Of a stretch of DNA of 64,000 bases, positions 50,474-64,000 are shown in pieces. A program made the position numbers and the translations under genes. Origin of the DNA: Eledone cirrhosa. Taxonomy: Eukaryota. How positions within the stretch are numbered: the stretch's first letter is position 1; every line of letters begins with the position of its first letter. The stretch lies in assembly GCA_964016885.1 (NCBI GenBank), contig OZ024747.1, positions 78,988,001 through 79,052,000 of the forward strand, in the 5' to 3' direction. Under the pieces are notes generated by a model, which was not told the origin of the DNA, searched no databases, and saw only the letters and a list, made by a program, of their open reading frames with translations.

Positions 50474-52956
50474 ATATATTGTATATATATATATATATAT
50501 AATTTATTTCCTAATGTCAAACTTTTTGCAACAAGATTTGCAGTGGAACAGTTTCAGTGACCAAGTTGCAAACAGTGTAGTGAAAATTTTGACTCTAGGA
50601 AATAAATGATATATATAAAGTAAACAGATTCTTATATGTTTTTAAATTGCTAAAACGACTCTTCCATGCAGCATTTGTTTTAGTTTCAATACACAGCCTC
50701 AGACCAAGTCACTTGCCAGACAAGTACAACTCAGAAATTGCATATATTGACCTCAAGAAAACTTTTGATGGTGCCCCATGTTCGGAAATCAGAAAGTTAG
50801 ATGTAGATGAAAATGTTGTCTAGGTCATGAATTTAAATATTTCCAATTTCTTTTCAACAATTGTTTCATTTTCAAATTTATTAAGTTAATGACCCTGCAA
50901 AGATACTCATATAAAATGTTCACATAAGTGGTTAAAGATGACTTTGTATTTTCTGATATCTATTGCATAGAGGTAAACTTTGAGACAGAATATTATATAC
51001 TAGTCACAGCTGCAGGCCAGATAATGTTTTTATTTTATATTATTGGAAGCATCAGTGTGCAAGAAAGACAATTGTGCTGGTATGTTCATGCAATATGTAA
51101 AGAGAGTGGCAGTTGTATAAAGTAGTGCCAAACTTTTCAAGTAGGTAGATGTGGGATAAAGTTATGTAGAATGACACAGGATGGCAATAAAACCTACCAT
51201 GCTAAAGAAGACCTGCCCACCAGTACAAGCACTGTGATGCTATTGGTAAATTGTTGTGAGAGAATAGAAACTGCATGGCATGGAGAAGTCCCTCTTAGCC
51301 TTGTAGTGGATTAAACAATCTATCTAGTATTGGTGTCTCTATAAAACACATCCAGCCATAAAAACCATGCCAAAATATTGAGCTTATAAGCCATACTCCT
51401 ACGACCCATCCAATCCATGATAGTATGGAAAACAGACATAAAACGATGAAGATATTGATATGTCTGGGAGAGGGTGGGGTTTCTTATAAAAATGTGGATA
51501 CCCTGCAAAGCAGCTTCTCTTGACTAATCACAACTTTTCTCAGTGAACTAGTTGATAATTTACTAGTTTTGGTGGATAATTAGGTAAGGCTTAGAGAGTT
51601 TTGATTTCCAGTTTCTTCTCAATTTCATTAGTTATGATATGAATTATTTTGAGGTCATGGATATCAGCAAAATATTTTAGTTCTTTCTCTGTGACATATA
51701 TTGCTTCACTGTTATAATTTGAACCTTATATTGCTGTCAACACAAATTTAATGCTCTACTTCCTTTTTTACAATGACTGAAATTCTTTTCATTTTGAGTT
51801 CTGGAATCTTATAGGGATCATGACTGGAATTGAAAAAAGTGTTGTGAATAATATTTATTTTCTGCCAAGAAGGAAAAAGATCTTATGTATGTTGGATGAA
51901 AGTGTATATATGTGAACAGCAATTGGCTAAGCTAATGGAATATTGGATAAGTTACAAAAAGATCAACTTAGTGTCTTCTTTCTAGCATAATGTGGATCTA
52001 AAGCTAAAACATAAATGTCATAGGCTTAGTCTAGTTGTAAATAAATAGGATCAACTCTCTGCTGCTAGGTTTGGAGCATGATTTAGTTATTGTGTAGCAA
52101 AGAAGGATAAAGAAAGCTACTACAAAACTAAAGAAAGGCAATTTATTCAATATTTTAGTAGTAATACCTTTCAATTGTGAAATGAAATATTGACTATAAG
52201 AACAAGACCAGCAAATACAGAAATGCCCAGGAAAGAAAACAAAAGAATTGCCCAGTATTTCTTGAACTGAAATGTTTAATATTGTTCAATATGCAAAAGC
52301 TTTAATAAAGACTGCAAACCTCTGTATTTTGATTGTGTCATGTTCACAAAGGACTGGGATACCTTTAACCCTAATCTCAGATTCAGGTCAGAAGCTCCAA
52401 TATCATAGAAAGTCTTTCGATTAGATGTTACCTTTGGTTCTAATTTGGGTTCATTTGATACTATTCATGTCAAACTGGACACAACTTTTCACTACTAAAT
52501 GGGTATCAAACTTTACCATATCAATTATATATATATATAATAAAAATAATAATAATAATAATATTAAAAGGGAACAAAGAATCAGTATTGCATCATTTAC
52601 ATATTTAATTACATATTACATGTTTCATTGCCGATCTGCTCGAGGAACAATTGATTAATGTTTGATCCTGACTCTGGAATCGGAAGCTCTGCTACTACCT
52701 ATAACAATTATATATATTTTTAATATTGTTTAATGCCTATCTTTCATGCTTGCATAGGTTAAACAGGTTGTCACATACTAAGGTCAGACTGGTTAGGTGA
52801 CTATGTCCTGCTTTACAGAATATACTGGGTACATGGCATCAACTCTACCACTTTTCAGAGTGTACTAGATGTATTTTATCATGGCACTAACACTAAAGTG
52901 GTTGGTATATTCTCAGCAGGGCTAAAGCAGTCTTTCAATCCTGTGTGTATATGTAT

Positions 52957-53006
<50 letters not shown>

Positions 53007-53061
53007 CTCTAAACTAATGTATCAGTGTAGAGCATTGCCATGAGCTTATAAAAGATGAATG

Positions 53062-53127
53062 TTGACAGAAGGGCCTTTACTACAGATTCATTATTGAACT
53101 GGTCAGCAGTGAAGGTCCTTCTGATAA
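53062..53127 (+). other. Pre-miRNA-like hairpin (unverified)
   Basis: cagaagggcctttact pairs with agtgaaggtccttctg over 16 bp including two G-U pairs; the stem extends both ways with few mismatches. Confidence 0.35.
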
Positions 53128-53983
53128 GGTGGGTAACAAGACCTGGATTTTATGGGTAGATCGCTTCTTCTTACATTTGTAAATGTTTGTCATGCAATAA
53201 ACAACAGTTCAACAAATCAGTTATTTTATTTTACATAAAACTTAACTAAAGCTATACCAGCACAGAAGATTAATAAATTTCAAAAACTTCATTATATAAT
53301 ACTTTCTTTGTAATCAACTTTAAAATTCTTCCAAAATATCAAAATATATTAAAAATAAATTCCTAAAACACTGTTTTTATAATTTCAAGTAATTCCTCTG
53401 CTTCTTAATACTTATGAATTTAACAAGCTTAGATCTTGATTGATATGGCAAACTAAAGAATGCTAGTTAAAGAATAAGCAATTATAATGTAGAGTATGTA
53501 GAAAATTACACTGGAATGAGTTGTGAGGAGAGTAAATTGAAGGTTTCCATTTAAAGAAACTATTAGTTAAAGCAAGGCTTATTTCCAGAAATAGAAAGAA
53601 TGACTAAAAGATTTGTAAACAATGAAATATACTTGAACAGAAGCTAACTTGATTAAGTAGACAATTTGTTTAGTTAAATCCTCAGTAAATTTTCAAAACA
53701 GAGTAAATAGTTGATGAAAAGTTTGTCTTCTCCCAAAATAATAAAGTAATGATTCTGATAGCATGTAAAATAACAGGATTTTTTATATTTGATATAAGAA
53801 TAATGTCCAAGCAAATTTTAATACCCTTACTCATAGTCCTGGTACTGGATTTTAAATTAATATAGTTTTGTTGGTTTTATATACAATATGTGCTCTTAAT
53901 AATTCTTTCTAATATTGGCATAGGGAAGGGGAAATGACATGATTATTGTTGATATTCTAATTATTAATAAAGTTGGATAATAA

Positions 53984-54435
53984 GGTTGGTAAATTGGCAG
54001 AGTTCTTAGAGTGTTGGTCAAAATGCTTTGTTGTATTTGTTTTGACTCTTTACATTCTGAGTTCAAATCCTGCTGAGATTAGCTTTGCCTCTCATCCTTA
54101 TGGGGTCAATAAAACAAAGTACCAGTAACACACTGGGATCAATGTAAATGACCTTCCTATCTCCTTCAAATTGCTGACCTTGTGTCAAGTGTAGATATAA
54201 TTATTAGATATAATTACAGGCTGGTGGATTTGTAGAAACAGAGTGCTGAACAAAATGCTTTCCAGCATTTAGTTACAGCCCTTTATGTTGTGAATTCAAA
54301 TCATGCCAAAGTTAACTTTGCTTTTCATCCTAACAAAGTTGATAAACTAAGGTACCAGTTAAGTACTGGGGTTGATATAATCAACTTTTCCCTGTATAAT
54401 CAACTTTGCCTTGTACCTAGATTGAAAACCATTAT
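53984..54435 (+). mobile_element. Two tandem Nin/Deu-domain tRNA SINEs
   Basis: Two head-to-tail units, each with gttcaaatc/attcaaatc, ctttgc..tcatcct and gtaccagt...ctggg motifs. Confidence 0.82.
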
Positions 54436-57400
54436 TAGTATTACTACTACTGAAAGATTTAGTGCAGAGAAAGAAATGGCTCATGGCAATCAACATAAAA
54501 ACACTGACATAATCAACACAATTCAGTGATTTCTATATTCACTATGAATTATGAGTCTATTAAGATAAACAGACAATACAAAGGAAAACAATGAACAAAA
54601 ATATCAACAATCATTTCTATTTTTAAATAAATGTATGGCTCACTTTCAAAACTGAAAATATACTAAGTGGTATTGAAGGAACAGAAAATTACTATAATCT
54701 TGAATCAACAATAACAATTACACACACACAAAATGGAAAGAAATGAATCCTTTATTCTCATAAAGATGTTTACATCTCATTCTTAAAAGATAAAAAAACA
54801 ATGGATTTCATTGTTAATGTTAATTTTTTTGCCTTTTTTTTTCCAGGTCATAAAATCATAATAACTTCATTATTATATAATAGTTAGTACCATTTATAGA
54901 TGTGAAAGTTATGGAATGGGACTAATTTCTTTCTCAGTAGTTGATTGTCATTCAGATTTATGTCAAGCAAGCAAACTCTTGTTTATGCCATTACATTGCA
55001 TCTATAAGACAGGAAATAGTTATCTCTCTGTCTCAGCCAACCAAACAAGCAAATAGATTCAACTCTTCCATTACAGTTGCAGTTTAGTTTTTAAAAGAGG
55101 ATCCAGCTGTTAAAATATCTATTTCAACAAATTGAGCACTTTAAAGTCAAAATGTAAAGGAATGCAATGTAATACTGCAAGGCATTTAGTTGTAATGCTC
55201 CCATCCATTTATCATTATCACCCTAATAAAAATAATGTTTCACATTGCTAGAAGGTTACACAGTTGTAGAGAAAGGGTATAGTTGATGTAGCAACTGTAG
55301 GATATGTCTGATACTTATCCTGGTGGGATGAAATTTATCCTAGGAATGTAGAGTATAAAATAAATGCAATAACTCTTTCACAGAACTTTATAAACTTTTA
55401 CAAAATCTAATTTTTTGTGACATTAAGTAAATTTTATTGACGATTTAAAATTAACGAAATTAATAAACAAATAATTAAATTTCATATCATATGTTTTATG
55501 AAGAGTTGTCAGATTTCAAATATACTTTATAGCTTAATATTCAATATAATTAGATTTGAGTTAATTTTGTAACACACCGGGAGATTATTGGCGACAAACT
55601 AAAATAACACAGTTTGGAAACTTTTGGCCTATCAACTCTCCATCATTACATTGCTCTTAGAAAAATAAAAATAGCAATAATATTTCACCTGGACAACTTC
55701 TGAAATTATTAATAATTAGAATCTAATTTACAGTTAACTGTATTATTTTGAAAAGTCATAGAATATCTCTTACCCTGGCTTATAATTAATTCCCTCAGAC
55801 ATATAAACCAGAGTAAAAGATATAATAAGCCATGGGTGCAGGCATGATGGTATTGTTAAGAAGATTGCTTTACAATCACATAGTTTCAGGTTTGATCTCC
55901 TTGTGTGACACCTTGGGCAAGTGTTTTCTATTTCAACCTTAAAGCCTTGTGAGTGAATCTGGATAGTTGAAAATTATGTAGAGGCCAGTCATATGACATT
56001 GTACTTGTTCTCCCCACCTGGCCCTTGGGTGTCGTTATCAGAGTCCTCACTGCTAGCATCTGTTGAATGTGTTGCTTTACATGGTTACATTGTACCACTA
56101 GTGTTGGACGTTCTACAAAAAGGTCACAGGTGTTACCACTCTTCCTCCGATGAAGCAATCATCTAACTCCTACAAGTTGAAATCAGATCAGAGGATTCAT
56201 AAACCACCTTATTTCTATTTGTAACAAAAAAAGTCATAAATTTTTCTCTTTCCCATATCCTAACAGCTGTGGTGAAGGTGATAATCACCACATCCATAAC
56301 TGAACAGGATAACATTTTAAGATACTAAGAAATAACAGCAGGTTATTTTCAACTTGTGGAATTTGAGATGTTTAGGAGAGCTGAGTCACTCAAATTAAGG
56401 CTCTTTTCATTGTTGGCTGCTTATATTAGGTGATGTCTATGAAGGTGCTTGGTTATTCCAGCACTTGAGCCCCACTAGCACCTGTGACAATGCTGTGAGT
56501 TTGTTGAGTGACCTAAAAATATTAGAGAGAAACTCCAGCACCAATTGTTGTAGTATGTGATTGAGTATGTATGTTTTCTTCACCTTTTTCTTTTACCAAC
56601 TATGCTTATGTATATGGAATAAAATTATAACAATATATTTAAAAATAAAAAAAGAGTATCTTTACATTATTTCCTCTGTGGTTTTAGTAGTTTATTTATT
56701 TTTTAGCTTCTTTTGTAATTCTGCATTTTCTAATTCATTCAACTTGATGATACTCTGTTTAACTTCTAACTGAAGGCTGCCTATTCTATGAAGTCTCTTC
56801 AAAGTATGTTCATGAATGTGACTGTTAATTTTATATCAACGAATAAAAAAAATAATTTTCCAGTAATAAATAGCATCAAACCATTTTTTAGAAGCTCTTA
56901 GAGTTTACTTTCTCGTGAATCTAAAGACAAGACAAAAAATATTTTCATTACTATTCTACTAGACTATTCTTTCCTATTCTTACTAAAACCAGTAGCTAAC
57001 TTAATATTGTTATCATAATTAATTTAGTTGATCATAATAAAAGGACATCAATGTTTATATTTTCACTAGCATCACTCATTTCATTCTAGTTTCTATGTTT
57101 TCTTTGTGTGTGGAATTCTGTCAATAGAATATTAACTGAGTTTAGTATTCAACAGTTTTTTATGCTAAGAATTTTTCTGTAGAAGTGGACATGATTTCTT
57201 TAAGTGATTTAGAGTTTTAAATATCTATAAAGAATTTGGCACTTTCTAACTGGTTATTAATATCAGGTCTATCTAGTCTGAAGTTGATATCTACAATAAG
57301 ATCTCTAATGTTAAAATTAACTGTGTAAGTGTTTAGCCAAGAGTTGAGAAAATGAATTTACTATCATGAAACTCATACTTAGATATTGACACCAACCCTA

Positions 57401-58489
57401 AAGTTTTTCATATCCGATATGAAATTTTTAGCCAGAAGTTAATGTCCTGAGGGGGCCTCAGCATTAAGCCAAGCAAAAATTGGCAAGCTGATGGCCTAAA
57501 CAGATTTCTGTAGGCTTGATACAAGAAATTGATACTCAGTAAAATATTAACTCTGTAGATTAGTTGAACAGTTTCTTTGACACTGCTCCCAAAGACTTGT
57601 TAGAGGAAATCCAAAGAAAATTAACAGATTATTTCCAGGAATATGACAAGTAAATTCAATGATTCAATCTTTGACGTTACAAACTCATATTTCTCTTCTA
57701 AAATGCAAAACCTTGTGTCTAGAACAATCAATACAGAGGTTGCCCTGTTGAGATCAAAGCAACTTCTATAATGGTGGTACTATGATAAAATGCACCCAGT
57801 TCACTTTATAGAGTGGTAGGCATTAAGAACAACATGTAGTCATAGAAACCATGTAAAAAATTGAATGTACAAGTGATGCGGTTCCCCAACCCATCTAGGA
57901 GATCCTTAACTATACATAGAAACTGATTTGGATTATGACAGCATGGAAAGTGAATGTAAACGTATGATGATAATAATAATTTCAAACATTGGCACAAGCT
58001 CACAAATTTAGCGGTGGAGGGTATAGTCAAATTGAGACCAGTACTTGATTAGTACTTATTTTATTGACTAAATTTAACTGTGACAAGACTTGAACTTGCA
58101 TCTAAATGGGATATAACGTAATATGGTAAAGTATTTAAACTTGCACTATCATTTCTGCCAATTTTACATCAATAATTCTCTTTGTTTTGAGAAATAACTG
58201 TTTCTATCTGTCTTTATGAATCTTTGCCATACTGAGATAACAATGGAGGCTTTCTTGTCCAAGAGACCATCTTGAACAAATATCTTCATAGCGCTCCAGA
58301 ACACACTACTTTCCATATTTCTGTCCATTTTACCAAGATTTCCACCTGAATTTTCAGTTTTAACAACACCAGAATCTTATATTCATTATAAAATTATTTG
58401 TTCTCTTCAAGAATGGACAAATGAATAGTTGGTAATTATCAGTGTTTTTTTATGATGATGATGATAATAACAACAAAAGCAGCAAATGT

Positions 58490-58990
58490 TTTAAGGCCAT
58501 TTCCCCTGCTAAATAAATGTTAACCTTGCAAGCCCCATGACAAACTTCTCTATTTTGCCCTATCCTCTGCATCCCCCGCTCACAAAAGCCCCAGCTTTCA
58601 TTTCCTTTCCATAATCTTTAGCTATACCTTTTTGGTCTTCCCCTTCTAATTCCTTCCATATTCATTTCTATCAATCCTCTTCCTCTGTCACTTTCATCCT
58701 ACCTCAACAAATGACACAATCATCTCATCCTATTCCTCTTTGCAACATTCATCATTGGTGCTATTCCTATCATTCCCTACAATTCATTATTTGTTCTCCT
58801 CTCCATAAGTGGAACTTAGCTCATACCCTGAACCATTCTTGTTTCTGTTCCTTCCAGCCTTCGCTGCTGATCCACATTCATCATCCATGTCTCACTCCCA
58901 TTAATCATGGCACATCTCACATATACAATGTACACCTTTCCCTTCAGTTTCAATGACATTCAACTCCTCATTAATACACCACTCAGGAGA
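58490..58990 (-). mobile_element. RTE 3' remnant related to 4560-4890
   Basis: Shares the terminus catgg(g)gcttgcaaggttaac...atggccttaaaa and GRPK-like coding remnants. Confidence 0.6.
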
Positions 58991-60225
58991 GGATTTTAAT
59001 TTTCATTCTAAACCAAACACTATTTTGATAATCCAAGTCATATCATATCTTCAAAATTTCTATCTGGTGAGCAATAGTAATCATTGTACAATGAGTCTCT
59101 AAACTTCATTATACTGATTATCTATGTTTCATTAAACATCACTATTATGAGTGCAATGTTACAATCATTTAAATCACTTAATGTACAAATACAGATCTAA
59201 TTGTTTTCTAATTTCAGCTATATAATTTATAGAGTCCTTGGTCTACTAGAGATGAATAACGACTTACACAGACTCAAACTGACCCAAAAGTACTTCCATA
59301 ATCTAATCATTTGAGTAGTATAAACATAGTGAAACATTGCAGAGGAAATTCTTTTTTTTTTTTCTCTTATAATTTAAAACTGTAGTTACACTTACATTAA
59401 ATTTATCAGAAATATGTTTTAATACACACTGAGTTGTATTTAAATATTTATTATTTAATTTTTTTGAGTTGAAGGGCTGTGGATATATCAATAGTTAACA
59501 TAGTTTTAACTTTTAGTTCAGTCTAATTGGAGCCAATATTTCTAGAACTCTGCTCAATTTTGCAATGATATATATAAAAGTGATATACAACTAAGTGAGG
59601 ATGTACATAAAAGAGTTCATACGATCATTAACCACTGTATTTTTAGAATTATAATTGTAAGTTCTGTCTTCTATATATTACTAAAACCTGTTGTGTAAGA
59701 TAACTACTGTTATTGAAGATTAGAAGAATTGTTAGAGTATTTATTCTAGATCTTTACATTCTGAATTCAAATACCGCTAAACTCGACTTTACCTTTCATC
59801 CTTCCAGAGTTGATGAAATAAAGTACCGGTCAAGTATTGGATTTAATCGACTCCCACCACACACACACACAAAAATGCTAACCTTGTGCCTAAATTGGTA
59901 ACAATCATTAAAGCACAAAATATTTTATGATAATTGTGTTTATGCAGTCTTATTCTTTACAAAAACAAAGCTATTTACTCAACTACATTAAATTTTGAAC
60001 ATCTTATACTTAGTAATTATAATCACTCCTGCAATGTGTGGATTTAAAAGCTTGATGATACAGGCTGCCAATTTTTCACTTTAAGAATCCTTAGAGTTAT
60101 ATACTAAAATGAATCGCTGCATAACCATTAAGATTGCATAAAGTTTTAGAATTTTAAAAAAAATTGCAAAACATTTTACACAGAGTATGTGTGTGTGGGT
60201 AGGTGTGTTTGTTTTGTTTTCTGCT

Positions 60226-60500
60226 GCCAACATCAACAGAACTTTCAGCGACATTTAACATGTAGATCTTCTGGTAAAAATGTCAGGTTGAGGGCTCTAT
60301 TCACCTCTTGTCTCTTGGATCAACAGCTTCCTGTCAAATCACGCCAGCACTGCAAGTACTCGAGGAACTCTCTCTGACTCACATTCTATCCACTCTCACA
60401 CCCAGGCAAGAACTACATGCAGCTTAGACATCTCATACCAAATCTGCATTGAAATCATGAACAAGGGTCTCAAAGATATTCTCCAGTGGGTTCCCGTCAA
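60226..60500 (+). pseudogene. Decayed CR1/L2-group RT fragment
   Basis: ANINRTFSDI*HVDLLVKMSG*GLYSPLVSWINSFLSNH...GTLSDSHSIHS resembles DISKAFDRVWHxxLLxKL...WIxSFLSNR. Confidence 0.65.
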
Positions 60501-62261
60501 TTTTACCACCATCAGTACAAGAACGTAATTACTACACATATCAAGAATTATCGTACCTCACTCCCTTTAGATATAAACAACATGTAACTAGAACCTTCAG
60601 GGTTGCTACAAATGCTAGGCCTCATCAACACTGATGATCTCCTACATTAGTTGACTAGTATTGGTTCTTGAAACATTAACTACATCAATCTCAATAGTTT
60701 CAGAGGACCTGTGAAGAGTACAAATGAACCAAGTCAACATAGGGTACAGAGAACCCTTGTTGAGAATATGAAGATCTCTCAAGCTCTAGTGATACAATCA
60801 AATGCACCCAGTACACTCTGTAAAGGGGTTGTCATTAGAAAGGGCATCCAGGTGAAAAGACTCTGCATATGAGCAAGACATGGTTATACAATCATGACTT
60901 TTCACAAACCATGATGACTCATCCAATCCAGGCCAGCATGGAAAACAGACATAAAATAACGATGTTGATGATGATATATGCACTAGAGAAAAGAAAAATA
61001 TCTTATATTACATTTAACTATTACAACTGGCATCTTCTAGCCTTGAGTCAAAAACAATTCTTATCTCATTTAATAATTATTTTACATCCCTTTTTCAGTC
61101 GTGCATAGAGCAAAACTAGGAACTACTTCCCCTTCATGGTTATATGGGTGATATTATTGAGAGGATTCTAAGTGTAAATTCCAACTAGTTCCCCTTCATG
61201 GTTATATGGGTGATATTATTGTGTAAATTCCAACTAGTTAAGAAATATCTGAATTTGCAGAAGTATTCAATCCATTATATAAAAATATAAATAAATAAGT
61301 GTATAAATTTATATAAATATAAATGAATGAAATTATTGCAGCTTAGCATTAGATGATTAAATAGTTTTAAATCCTAAAATCTACATGACAGATTTTGTAT
61401 GAATACAAGGAAACTATATTCACAATAAATTCTATGCTTTAAAATATATCATCAACCATTATTTAAAAATATGGAATGAAAATGCTGTTGGATTCTGCTG
61501 CTGATGATGATCTATAACACTTGTATGCATGTGTACAAGGCACTAATAAATATAAATGTTAAATGTAAGTGTGCAATGCACCAAAACCAGGCAGGATAGA
61601 AGAATATGATCAATAGAAAATTATTATTGGCAAGTAACCAGAAACATGTAGCTTTAACCTGCATTAAAATGGGGTATTAAGTATCAAATACATTCTACAG
61701 AAACTGTTAAGGGACTAGTCAAATAAAATAAGCCAAAATAATACTAAACCTCAATCTTTTATATAGTTGCAATAAAACATACATTTATTGATATATCTTT
61801 TAATATAGATTTCTTTAAAACTCTTACTATATTCAACTAATTTTTGGTAAAATAAAACATTTAAATACCAAGGGTAAATTTTTTCAAGGAAGATTACAGA
61901 TTCCAATTGTTTATCATTCAAAAGTCAATATATAGAAATTTTGTAATAGTTCTGCTTAAAAACTGAGCAAAAAAAGATTGCTTTTATTATTATGACTTAA
62001 TAGTATTTCTCAGAGATTATGAAAGAAAAAAAAAGTCCTTTATATGTTAACATACTACTAAATAACAAACACGAGAAGAAACGCCCTACTGTTATTTAAA
62101 ATGGTATTTTTAGTGGCAATTTGTATTTTTTCAAATGAAATGTTAATGTAAACAGAACAAATTTAAAATATGCATATATATATATATATATGTGCGTGTG
62201 TGTATATATGAGAGTGTGTGTGTATAATTTTAATTGTTTTGATAGATAAAGTGATTATACC

Positions 62262-62516
62262 TACTGATACCAAACTGCCTGAAACCACCCCAGGTTCTAT
62301 GAATCAGAACTGTTTTGGAATATTTATATTTATCTAAAAACTTTCCATCTTTCTTCATAATTTTATGTAAGAACCTTTGTTAAGCTATGCTTCAAATACC
62401 AGCTATAATGAATAAGTTATTTTACTAAATTCCTCCAAAATTCTTGATTATTTTCAAAATTATTTGAAAATCATCGAGGTGTATTTCATAACAAATATGG
62501 TAATGAAAGGGTTAAA
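62262..62516. mobile_element. piggyBac-like MITE, family A
   Basis: gataccaaactgcctgaaaccacccc...aaatatggtaatgaaagggttaa. Confidence 0.8.
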
Positions 62517-63306
62517 TGGGGAGGGTGGAAGAAGGCATTAAATAAAGAAAGACACCATAAATCTATTTTCTAACAAAATTCTTCAAATAAAAATATGTTA
62601 AATTAAATGTAAATTGCTTTAAAGAATATCAAATTCAATAGTTTTAGAGGTAAATATACTGGAGGGAATAATTATATAGAGCTTAATGTTAGTCACAAGT
62701 GAATGAATTCCACATCTGCACAAAATATTTACAATCACATCTGTTCATATTTGGGATAAAGTATATAGAGTCAAACATTGATGTGTGGTTAAGGAGTTTA
62801 TTTTGCGAACACATGGTTTAAGTTTCAGTCGTGCTGCATGGTATTTTAGGCAGGTATTTTCTACTATAGCCTTGGGTTAATCAATGCCTCTTGAATGAAA
62901 TTTGGTAGATGGAAACTGTAAATCTACTACATATATATTTATATGTGTGTGAGTGTGCCTGTGTCCTTGATTACATTATTTATTGACTGGTTTGATGAAA
63001 AGGGAACAATAAAATAAGCACCAGTCTTGGAAAGAAATACTAGGCTAAATCCCTTTAAGGCAGAGCCCCAGCATGGCTGCAATCTACTGACTAAAACCAG
63101 TAAAAGGTATATAAGAAGAATCTTTTATCATCACATCAAAGGCAATGTACTCACCACATACACATACTAAACTACATTAAAAAAAAGGTTGTTTATCTGA
63201 TTTGCCAGCTTACGCTCACAAACATAACATTTGGCCCAAGTTGTAATTATTCATAGTTAACTCTACAAATGCTGCCATGGCCCTTTGAACTTATTGATTA
63301 CTCCTG

Positions 63307-63530
63307 TTAGTCTACTTGTTATCCCACTACATCTCTTGTGTACCCAAGATTTACACCATATGGAGTTTATGCCTAGCCCTTTTCTACATGTTGAGCAAGG
63401 CCACTTACCTGAAGGAATCAGGGTCTTGTCTTCTTTCCTACTCACTAGCACTTTAGTTTTGGCTAAGTTTACTCTCAGACCCTTTGATCCCAAATTCTGT
63501 TTCCATAGTCGGAACTTATTTCCTAGTTAC
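63307..63530 (-). mobile_element. RTE LINE ORF2 fragment with partial PHD finger
   Basis: GLRVNLAKTKVLVSRKEDKTLIPSGKWPCSTCRKGLGINSIWCKSWVHKRCSG. Confidence 0.85.
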
Positions 63531-64000
63531 ATGTGTGTGATAGGTTAAAGACACATCAAGGATAGTTCCATTTTTGTAGTAAAGTGTGTTGTTACAAGTG
63601 AAAGGAAGCAGGAAGTAGTTCATTGATATACAATAGATTATGAAACAACCATAGCTTGGGTTACTCTAGATTTGATAGGATGTGTGTCAGATTGAGCCTC
63701 ACGATACTGGAGTGGCCTTACAGGAAATTCCTATTCAAGAGATAGAAGATATACGTCAGCCAATAAGTGGACAACTTAGCTTGGATGTTCTCACATCAGA
63801 GACAGTGATACTTTGCTGATGTACAAACAACCACATTGCTTCCATCAATGTACTTAATGGCAAAAGACCATTATCATGTGACATAGAAATGCAACTGATA
63901 TACAAGACACACCAAGTCAATGCACTTTTTTCTATTTTCATCATCCCCAATGTGTCTCCCCAACCAACTCTAACAGTAAATTCACCTTCCTAGACCTGTA

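Overview
AT-rich animal genomic DNA made almost entirely of repeats. I found no protein-coding host exon I can support, so the window is probably intronic or intergenic. The repeat set suggests a coleoid cephalopod such as Octopus (inference): Nin/Deu-domain and CORE-type tRNA SINEs, RTE LINEs with (GAT)n tails, TTAA-flanked MITEs and long TA/CA microsatellites. Main contents: a 2.1 kb 43-bp minisatellite; young and decayed RTE LINEs with a PHD finger inside ORF2; two CRE-type restriction-like endonuclease fragments; piggyBac- and hAT-type MITEs; one decayed and one young Penelope-like element. The most notable structure is a microsatellite-seeded cluster at about 21.1-25.7 kb. It holds a Penelope RT/GIY-YIG copy, five hammerhead-ribozyme-like motifs (two head-to-head pairs plus one single, all with a U-U pair at the base of stem II) and two internally deleted RTE-like elements. 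Other points of interest are a hAT MITE carrying two convergent tRNA-like Pol III heads and a pre-miRNA-like hairpin. Family names come from motif recognition, not database searches, and many boundaries are approximate.
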